Positions 54,533 to 64,000 of a DNA stretch of 64,000 bases are shown in pieces. The position numbers and the translations under genes are program-made. Position 1 is the first letter of the stretch; every line of letters begins with the position of its first letter. The notes under the pieces are model-generated. The model did no database searches. It was given only the letters and a program-made list of their open reading frames with translations, and was not told the DNA's origin. Source of the stretch: Hydrolagus colliei (Eukaryota); NCBI GenBank assembly GCA_035084275.1, contig CM068761.1:9176001-9240000 (forward strand), in the 5' to 3' direction.

Positions 54533-54855
54533 TCATACACAGGTGGATCTGGCGATGGTTGTTTTAAGAGGATCTGCCCGAGCCTCGTGTGTGACCAGAC
54601 AGGAATACAGCTCGTGTGACTCCCACTCGGAGGCTGGCAGAGTCAGATAACTGCTCACACTGTACGTGTTGTCCACCTCCTGCTTGATCGCACTCGTTTC
54701 AACACCTTCACTTCTGGCACTGCCATCCACAGTCCACTTGACCTCCACAGCTCCCGGGGTAAAATCATTCACCAGACACACCAGGGTCGCCTTGCTCTTT
54801 GCTGTGATTTGATCTGGTGACGGCGGAAGGACAGTCACCGAAGGGGCCCGTGGGT
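54533..54855 (-). CDS. IGLC: Ig light-chain constant exon, cluster D
   Basis: 323-nt intact exon; LVTHE variant. Confidence 0.97.
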
Positions 54856-56333
54856 CTGGAAATAAAGATTCCGTTTTGAAAACATCTGCTGAGAACTTTA
54901 TCATTTCCCTCTGATGGTTTAGCAATATAAAGTGCTCCCCTCTTCACTCCCAATTGATGCGAATCTGAACCTAATCTCGCCACGTTAACCTCCAATATGT
55001 AATCTTTATCTTTTACATTTTGCTACAATTTAAATAGCAATCTGTGCGCTCACTATTGTGATAGATGCTTCTATTGCAACTGAAGCATTGGTATGTTGAG
55101 CACAAGCAAATATAAATTATTGAAACAAGTTTTTTCCGTAGGAGAAAACAACAGAATTCGGTTAATTACGGCCAGAAAACACACTGTACAGAAATATGCA
55201 GCCATTGTAGATTCGCTAAACAAATCGAAAGGAAATATTTCATTAGCAAGAGGCGTGGGTTTGAATAAATATCTTGTAATTGGGTATAATTTACAGACCA
55301 AAGGTTAACAGATCGAATGGATAACAGAAAGGAGTAAAAAGGTTACATTCAAATGCTTTCTGCCGAGTATTTGATTTCGAAACAATTTTTAAACTCTGAG
55401 GAAGAATGTGGTTATTGTTGTGGATGTGTAATGGTTCCACTCTGAGATTCACGTGGATCCAAGTGAGAATGCGTTACAGTGATTAGAGCTACTGGGATAG
55501 AATCGTCTTGAAACAACAACATATTTGTTGCAGAAAGTGTTGACCAGGCACCAGTGTGTTGTGGTTAGACTTCAGTTGCATTTTACACCATCACGTTCAC
55601 CGTGTTTTACAGTTCCCGCTGGATATTATTGTAATCTTTTGTATTTCTATTCGAAACGATCCGTGTCTCTGTTATAACATGAAGTATTAGTGATCCATAT
55701 ACTGATAATAAAATATACATGATTAACAATAAATTAGTATCAGTATTACCATTGTCATTATCATTATACACGGAATATTACTCAGACGAGTAAATTGACT
55801 AAAACAGTTCCATCCCGGAGGTGATTGATATTTGTGTGATGTAGTTTCTATGCAAGCTTCGTAACTATCAAATACAAGCATTCACATTATTATTGTTAGT
55901 ATTATAGACGTGTTGCCAGTGTTTGGAGATAACAACAACAATAATAATTGTAATAATAATAATCCTTGCATTTGATATGCACTTCTCTCGTCTTCTGTTC
56001 ATCTCAAACTTGCAATAAGATTGGTCAATAAGAATAATATGATCTATTACAATTCAACACACTCCATATTGATATCGTTCCTTTCGGGTCAGGAGGATTT
56101 CGCAAAATTATCTAAAACGGCGAAACTGAGATAAAAGAATATTACATTGGTACTGTATACAAGAACCTGTAGTCCAATAACATTCTAGCCAGACATATGC
56201 TTAAATATACTGATGACATTGCAACGGTTAGGAATAAGTTCAGAATTTATTTCACTGAATTCTATGAAGTTATATAAAAACAGAGTTCATCATCGAATAC
56301 TGCACCGGATAAATTATTTAGCAAAATACTTAC

Positions 56334-56877
56334 TGCCAATCCCCAGCTTGGTCCCCGCACCGAAAATACATTGATCCTTTCCCGAAATTGCGTAATACAA
56401 AAAACAGTAATAATCAGCGGCGTCATCCCCCTGAACACTGGAGATGATTAAATCGCCAGACCTGGAATCCCTGGAGCCCGAGAATCGATCGGAAACTCCC
56501 GACATCCTGGTGAAGTTGTTCACTCCATCAGTGTACAGGAGATACTGAGGAGCATTCCCCAGCCTTTGCTGGTACCAATACACTTTAAAATGGTTGATAC
56601 TGAGCCCAGTCTTGGTACAACCCAGGGTCAACTTCTCTCCCAGGGAGGTAGAGACCGACAGCGGCTGATGTAAGACTGGCAGCGAGTTTACACCTGTAAA
56701 ACAGTAAGTCAGGAGAACACATAACAATATATGATGATTCTCAAATAAAAGGCAAATCAAAGCTCTCAGCCCATGTACCCAACACAAGAACAAGGAACTG
56801 GAGCAATAATAATCCCTGAAGGACTCACAGTGGAGGCAAGTCATCAATGTGGCGAGAAATGGAACCCAAGGCGCCAT
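56334..56877 (-). CDS. IGLV: Leader (56877-56829) plus germline-joined VJ exon (56693-56334), cluster D; CDR3 FLYYAISGKDQCI, J FGAGTKLGIG
   Basis: 360-nt VJ exon in frame, canonical splice sites; spliced product 243 aa. Confidence 0.96.
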
Positions 56878-56955
56878 GGTGAGGGTTACGGGATCGGTCA
56901 CAAACTCCAACCGTTTCCTGACAACAACTGACTCTGGGTATCAGCCCGTGGCTCA

Positions 56956-57010
56956 GTTTATGAACTGACCCAATTCTGAACGTCACACGGCGCTGATCAG
57001 TTATGCAAAT
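56956..57010 (-). promoter_or_regulatory. IgL V promoter, cluster D (octamer 57003-57010)
   Basis: ATTTGCAT on the coding strand; same layout as cluster A. Confidence 0.85.
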
Positions 57011-60000
57011 CCCCCGGGGCCGCCTGGCCCGGCCCGTTCACCTCCACCCGAGAGCCGGGTGACCAGCGGCTCATTGACAACACTTCACACTCACAGGAAT
57101 AAAGCACAGGATCAGTGGATTCTCAACTCAAATCTGAGACGTTTATACTTTTGTTGTTCGGTTAGCGGATCATTTACCAGCGACACATCAATTCAAACAA
57201 TGTGGAGGAAATGGTCATCCGGAAATATCACCAAATATTCACATTAAAAAACTGTGGTATTTTGATGAATAAATAACATATTTATATAACGTGGTAGATT
57301 TGTTGAATTGCAGCTGGAAAGGGTGAAGAATTATAAACTAAATCAAGTTTTATAGATAAGTACAAATATTCAAATATCCCAGTTTGGACTTGGATTCCAT
57401 TGTAGGTATTTACTTGTAATAAGTAATCAGACTAATATTTCTTGCATTTGCTGTAGAGATTTTCATGTCTTCTAAACGCCGCAGGAGCTTCTCAGGATGT
57501 ACTGTTATTGGAGGGCAAGATGGGTTAGTCAAATGCGATCAGCAATGTCCCACAACCAGGCAAGGATTGAAGTGACCTATTTATCATTGATTTTATTATG
57601 TTTTAAATGGACGTGAAGTTCAGGTTTCTGTTAATATTTTCCATGGAGGTAAAGCACGAGTTTCCACACATGAAATTATGATGTCAACGAGTCACTTTTA
57701 CGTTTGCATTGACTTTTTCTTGCTGATTTAACCTAACAATTTATAGGAGTCTTAAGAGGTCTGACTGCCCCACGGCTCCGTCCTACTAACAACAACAACA
57801 ACAAAATTACATGCATAAAGCGCCTTTCACGTCGGGAGGATGTGAAAGGCTAAGCAGAATTTACGTTTGAGATTGTATCAGCATGGATTCCCGCAGCTCA
57901 ATGGTTACAGCGTTTGCAAAGAAGAGATATGGGTTATTTTGCCGGCAAGGCGAAACCTTGAGCAAGGTTCCTGTTTCCACGCTGACTGACAATAATCCCT
58001 CGATTTACAGGCAATTGTAAAATTGGTCATTTCAATCCAGAACAGTTTGTGGAGCGCTGCTGTGCGCAGTTTGCTGCCTGTCTTGTCCACAAAACTACAG
58101 TTAATTCACCATCGACTACCCCAATAATACACTTATCACAGTATCCTTTCACACGACATAAAAGAAAAATCCATGTATTATTAGAAATCAGAGAAAACAA
58201 TGAAAAGTTTACACATTTGATCACTAGTTAACACATATCTGCCGTTTATTGCAAGCTATGACTTCAATGAGTCACTTCTGCGTTTGTATTGACTTGTTTT
58301 TGCTGATTTAACATAACAAGTTACAGCAGTCTGTATAGGTCAGCGCCAAGGCTGCGACCTGCGAAACAGAATTAACGTTTGAGATTGTTTCATCACAGTC
58401 CTGTAGCTCAATGGTTAGAGCACTTGCAAGCAAGAGATATGGGTTGTTTTCCCGGCAGGGCGAGACCTTCAGAAAAGTTTCCATTCTCCACACTGTCTGA
58501 CAATAATCCCTCGAAAATAAACAATAATAAAATTAGTCATTTCAATTCAGGACAATTTGTGGATTCCTCTCTGCGCAGTTTGCTGTCCATCTCACCAACA
58601 AAAATACAGTTAATTCACCATTGCCTAATCCAATAATACACTCCTCACAGCATCCTATTACACTCTCAATAACACGTGAAAAATCCATGTTTATTAGACG
58701 TCAGAGAAAAGAATAAATAATTGACACGTTTGATCACTTCATCCTCTTTAAGCAGCTTGTTACTAAACATTAGATGACAACATACAGCATTATTCTATTA
58801 TACATGGAAAGACAGCAGAGAACATGGTGTGGATGGGTTAGGTGAAGTGCTGATATTATAAGATTACATACAATATTACAGAAGTGGATTGTGGTGGAGG
58901 GAAGCAATTACGTTTCATTGAATGAGGAATACGATTTCGAATGTAGTCTGATGATTTGCTTTCACAGAACCTTTAATGTAGCAGGAAAATATGATATGAT
59001 CTAACCGTTCACTGCAGTTTTAGAATGTGTTGATGTGTTCCACTTATTCTGAAAACTCCCAGTTTAGCCCCTGATTCCACCTGTTAGTTGGTAAAACTAT
59101 TGAAATAAATTATATTGACGTCTAGTTATTCCTTATGCGCTGTGCTCGCTTTCGCAGAATAAGTGATTACAGTTTATAACCCAGAGTCCTCTAGCTGAGT
59201 GGTTAGAACTCGCCTTGCAAGCGAGGAATCTGGGTTCAATTCCCAGACGGGTTAAAACTTGGGCAAGTTTCCTTACTCCACATGCCTAATACGAATGCCC
59301 TAAAAAAAGAGTAATTTTATCCACAACTGTATGTGGGACACTGCTGTGCACAATTGGCTGCCGCATTTCACCCACAGATATACCGTCAATTCATTTTACA
59401 GTATATTCTGTTTGTGAAGCGATTTGAAATGTCTAAGTGACGCATAAAGCGCAAATAAATCAACAAATCAATAATCCTTACATTAGATATAGCGCATTCC
59501 ACATCTTATCGGTGTCTCAAATTAAAAGATTATTATTATTATTATTATTTGGATTTTTTCGCCGAAAATCGTATCAAATGTAAAAACCTGTTGAGAGATT
59601 TGAAAAAGCATTACAGCCTGAAGCTCTGCAAATACAGGTGTTTGTACCTAATTTCGGGCCCTTAAAAATTATATATTAAGTGATGTTCATTGCAGGCCTT
59701 GAGCTCAAAATCTTGGTGTCTGGTATTTCATTTCTACCCTACACCACATCAATGTTTCACTCATGTGCCGTCAATATTTCCAGCATCTAAGATTTCAAAA
59801 CCTGAATATTCAACTCCATAGGCTGCAGATCATCGAGAACTTTGCTTTCATGTCTCCTTCTGCTCCTATAGGAGGCTTCATGAAATTATCAACTCCACCC
59901 CTTACAAATCAATTCCACATTCTCTTCACCAAGCCGACTGCCTTGCCTCCTTCACGGTAGGTATCAGGACCTTCGACCACCTGTTTGGCCTCACTGCTAC

Positions 60001-60272
60001 CCTCCCTGCCCTCCCAATACCCTGATTCAATCCCCTCCACATGGCTCCAAATCACTGACAAGACAGCGCCTTGGGATAATATCTAGATATGAAAGGCAAA
60101 ACACAAATGTAATTTCATAATTTTTATCTAATTGTGTCTAGCCGTATGGTTATTTCTGGATCATGACTAATCCCAAATCAAGGGGCACACAAGCCCATGT
60201 GGGCATCGACACCACACTACACTGCGTGAAGGGTACTACATAAATGCAAGTTGTTGTTTATGTCGTTGTTTT

Positions 60273-60680
60273 CCGCATGGAGGAAGTCCAGCATCTCCTC
60301 GCAGTTGGAATTGGAGGAGAGAATGCGTGAGGCATGGTTAGGTAGACAGAGGAGATAGATAGTGGTGGAGAAGAGGAGCCTGGAGTTATCCTAGGCCTCC
60401 AAAATTAACTTAGAGTGGAAGGAGGACCTGGCGGAGGCAAGGACGAAACGTGGGCAAGTTTCCTCACTCCAGATGCCTGATAATAATCCCTCAAAAAAGC
60501 AATAATAAAAAATGGTAATTTCAATGCACAATTGTGGGACACTGCTGTGCACAATTAGCTGCCCCATTTTACCAACAAATATACAGTCAATTCATTTTAC
60601 AGTATAGTCAATGAACTGCTTTGAGACATCTAGAAGATGTGAAAAACGCTATATCAAATGCAAGGATTATTATTGTTGTA
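60273..60680. mobile_element. L2 fragment (minus, ~60273-60445) followed by a SINE 3' part (plus)
   Basis: Reverse complement of 60275-60330 resembles 43555-43610; the SINE core GGGACACTGCTGTGCACAATT and tail follow. Confidence 0.6.
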
Positions 60681-60759
60681 CGATTGGCAGATCACTTTTC
60701 TGTGGCTGATAATCTCTACAAAACATAATAAGAATTTGGTCACTGAAATTATTTATTGG

Positions 60760-62352
60760 AATGAAGTTTAAAACAGAGAAGTATGAGGTGATACACTTTG
60801 GGAGAAGAAATGAGGGGAGGGTGTGAAGGAACAGAGAGAACTGGGGATTTGTGTTAGTGACTCTTTGAAAGTGGCAGAACAGGTAGACAAAGCCGTTAAG
60901 AAGGCATATGGGATACTAGGCTTTTTAAATAGGGGTATAGAGTACAAAAGTCAGGAAGTGCTGATAAACCTCTATAAGACTTTGGTTAGGCCTCAGCTAG
61001 AGTACTGTGTACAATTCTGGTCACCACACTTTAGGAAGGATATTAAGGCATTGGAAAGGGTACAGAGGAGATTTACTAGGATGGTACCAAGAATGAGGGA
61101 CTTCAGCTACGAGGAAAGGCTAGATATGGCTGAATGGAATTCAATGTTAGCAAGTGTGAAATTATTCACCTAGGTAGCAAGAATAAAAGAATAGATTCTT
61201 TTCTAGAGAGGGAGAAGTTAGATAGTGTTAGTGTTCAAAGGGATTTGGGTATCCTTGTACACCAGTTTCAAAAAGTTGGTTTGCAGGTGCAGCAAGCAAC
61301 TAAGAAGGCGAACGGCATGCTAGCGTTCATTTCAAAAGGTTTAGAGTACAAGAGTAGGGAAGTCTTGCTGCAACTGTATAGGGCTCTGGTGAGACCGAGA
61401 GTATTGTGTGCAGTTTTGGTCTCCTTATTTAATAAAGGACATATTGCCTTAGAGGGGGTACAGCGTAGATTCACTAGGTTAGTTCCTGGGATAAGGGGAC
61501 TGATCTATGAGGATAGGTTGAATAAACTAAGGCTGTATTCTCTAGAGTACAGAAGAATTATTGAAACGTGTGAGATTCTTAAAGGGCTAGATAAAGTAGA
61601 CACTGAGGAACTGTTTCCCCTGGTAAGAGAATCTATAACCAGAGATCACAGTCTTAAAATTAAGGGTCAGCCTTTTAGAACAGAGTTGAGGAAACATTTC
61701 TTCACTCAGAGGGTAGTGAATTTATGGAATTCACTATCCCAGAAGGCTGTAGATGCTCAGTCCTTGAATATTTTCAAGGCTGAGACTAATAGATTTTTGA
61801 AAAATAGAGGGATTAGGGGATAGGGCAGGTAATTAGGGTTAGGTGAGAAGATCAGCCATGATCTTATTGAATGGTGGGGCAGGCTCGAAGAGCCGAACGG
61901 CCTACTCCTGCTCCTAATTCTTATGTTCTTCTAGGCTAGGCTTATTCTCTCTAGAACAAAGAAGATTGAGAGAAGACCTAATAGAGGTTGATAAGATTAT
62001 GAGAGGTTTCAACAGGGTGAATAGGGAAAGACTGTTTCCACTGGTGGGCGAATCAGTGACTAGTGGTCACCGATTTAAAATAGTTTCAAAACGAAGCAGA
62101 GGGGAGCTGAGGAGAAATGTTTTCACTCAGCGGGTTGTTCGAATCTGGAATGCATTGCCTGAAAAGGTGGTGGAGGCAGATTCCATAACAGCTTTTAAAA
62201 GGGAACTAGATCTTTATATAGGAAGAGCAGGTCTGTTAGGTTATGGGGAGAGAGCTGGGCAGTGGGATTGAGTTGCTCTGTTTAAAGAGCCGGCACAGAC
62301 TAGATGGGCCGAATGGCCTCCTTTTGTGCCGTATAATTCTATGATTCTATGA
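60760..62352 (+). mobile_element. CR1 LINE 3' fragment (same family as 47448-49222), interrupted by a second CR1
   Basis: [29 protein letters not shown] continues after the insertion as ..REDLIEV.KIMRGF..; tail ATTCTATGATTCTATG. Confidence 0.9.
61126..61930 (+). mobile_element. Second-subfamily CR1 LINE fragment nested in the host CR1
   Basis: EFNVSKCEIIHLG..KKANGMLAFI..LYRALVRP..EGVQRRFTRL, with its own 3' end CCTACTCCTGCTCCTAATTCTTATGTTCTT. Confidence 0.85.
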
Positions 62353-63424
62353 CTGGGCAGGAAATAACAAAGGTGTGGATAAGGTATTCAAGGGCATTGA
62401 GAAGTGAGCAATGTGACAGATTGGAAGAAAAACAGTCTTGGTCAGGGACTGAACTTGAGGAAGGAAGGAGAGCTGGGGATGTGTACTGGTTCAGTGACTT
62501 TGAGAGAGAACGGGAAGTTAAGAAAGTCAAAACCAGAAGTGAGGATGTTGGCAGTAGCCAAAAAATAATAAAGTAATCCTTGTATTATAATAATAATAAT
62601 AATATACAGCGCCTTTCACATCTGGAGGATTTCTCAAGGCTCTTCATGGGATTTTATTGTTAAGTATAGTTTTGTGAACAAATGTAGCAGCACACACATA
62701 CAAACTTGAGGAAAAACTAATTTTAATGGATTCTTGGCCAGGATTGTTGTAGGGATGCAATGTTTAGCTGCACGAAATTGAGGTTCATCCAGGCCTTGAC
62801 AAGCAGGTGGACAAAATATCAGTGAACTAGGGTGGTTTGTGTTCATGACATACATGTGGAAGTGAACCCCTTATCTGCAGCTGCCGTTACTATGAGGGAG
62901 CATATAGATCAGGAAAACAAAGGGACCTTCATATACTCTGCAAGGAACAATGTGCGGGTGAGAGGAGAAAACGTCAGAGGAGATAAAGGAGCGGCAGTTG
63001 GGATTGGAACCAGGAGCCTCCGTCCCACAGAGGTAGATATTGAGCAACTGATCAATAGGGAAGAGGGGAAACACTCATAAGATGAATAAGGATTTAACCC
63101 AGAGGAGTGTTACCAAGACATCACACTTACACAGTGTTTTATAATAATCTTTTTCTTATAAAACAAAACTATTTCTCAGTTTTATTTATATCATTTGTAA
63201 ATAAAGTTGTATTCTGGATACACCTGACTTGGAGGAAATAAATTCTTGAAACTGCATGTTGTTTACCTATCAAACACGCAGTCACTAACCTTTGCAGTAA
63301 ATTGTGATGTGTTTTGAGACATCCTCCTGACATGAAAGGCCCCGTATCAAACATAAGGAATATTATCGATTTATTATTATCTACGTTGTTCATTTCTGTT
63401 TTATGTTATTTATTTCAAATGTGA

Positions 63425-63649
<225 letters not shown>

Positions 63650-64000
63650 TGAATATCATAGCACTAGCTTCACTCTTTCACTGATAATGATAATATACTA
63701 ATACACTCACCCTTTCCTCTCACCCTCACATTGTTTGATATAGAGTCTTATCAACAACAACTGCAACAAAATTACATTTATAGAGCGCCTTTCACATCAG
63801 GAGGACATACCAAGTCTTCGAGACATCTCAAAGCGCTTCACAGAATAGACCATCAAGTGAATTGACTATATTTTGTGGGCGAAACGTGGCAGCCATTAAT
63901 GTACAGCATTGTCCCACAAACTGTCATTAATTCAGTGACAAAATTATTACTATTTATATTTTGGTTGAAGGGATTATTACCCCTGGAAAAGCCGACTGCC

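Larger units (their letters stand above)
1..60272 (-). repeat. Tandem segmental array of ~13.3 kb Ig light-chain cluster units (4 complete clusters plus partial ends)
   Basis: Equivalent blocks and ORFs recur at offsets 13321, 13232, 13255 and 16968 bp (leader ATG at 101, 13422, 26654, 39909, 56877). Homology to the spacer stops at ~60272 (equivalent to ~3505 in the first spacer). Confidence 0.97.

Overview
Vertebrate genomic DNA, almost certainly from a cartilaginous fish (shark or chimaera; inferred from Ig sequence, cluster organisation and repeat content). Bases 1-~60272 are a head-to-tail tandem array of immunoglobulin light-chain clusters on the minus strand. Leader ATGs sit at 101, 13422, 26654, 39909 and 56877, giving periods of 13321, 13232, 13255 and 16968 bp. 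Four clusters (here A-D) are complete: octamer promoter, leader exon, 135-nt intron, one exon with V already fused in frame to J (germline-joined, no RSS), a 1.5-1.7 kb intron, C exon and polyA signal. A fifth leader and promoter lie at the left edge. The proteins resemble cartilaginous-fish type II (lambda) light chains. V frameworks, promoters, C exons and about 1.3 kb 3' of C look nearly identical between copies, while CDR1, CDR3/J and the J-C intron are much more diverged. Spacers hold decayed L2 LINEs, tRNA-derived SINEs, poly-G tracts and a CCAAT/GC-box minisatellite 3' of each C exon. The C-D spacer also has private CR1, L2 and TIR-element insertions. Right of the array are nested CR1 LINEs and a 176-nt exon matching exon 2 of D-dopachrome tautomerase (DDT), with a GC splice donor and no visible exon 1. 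Percent identities are by-eye estimates unless counts are given.
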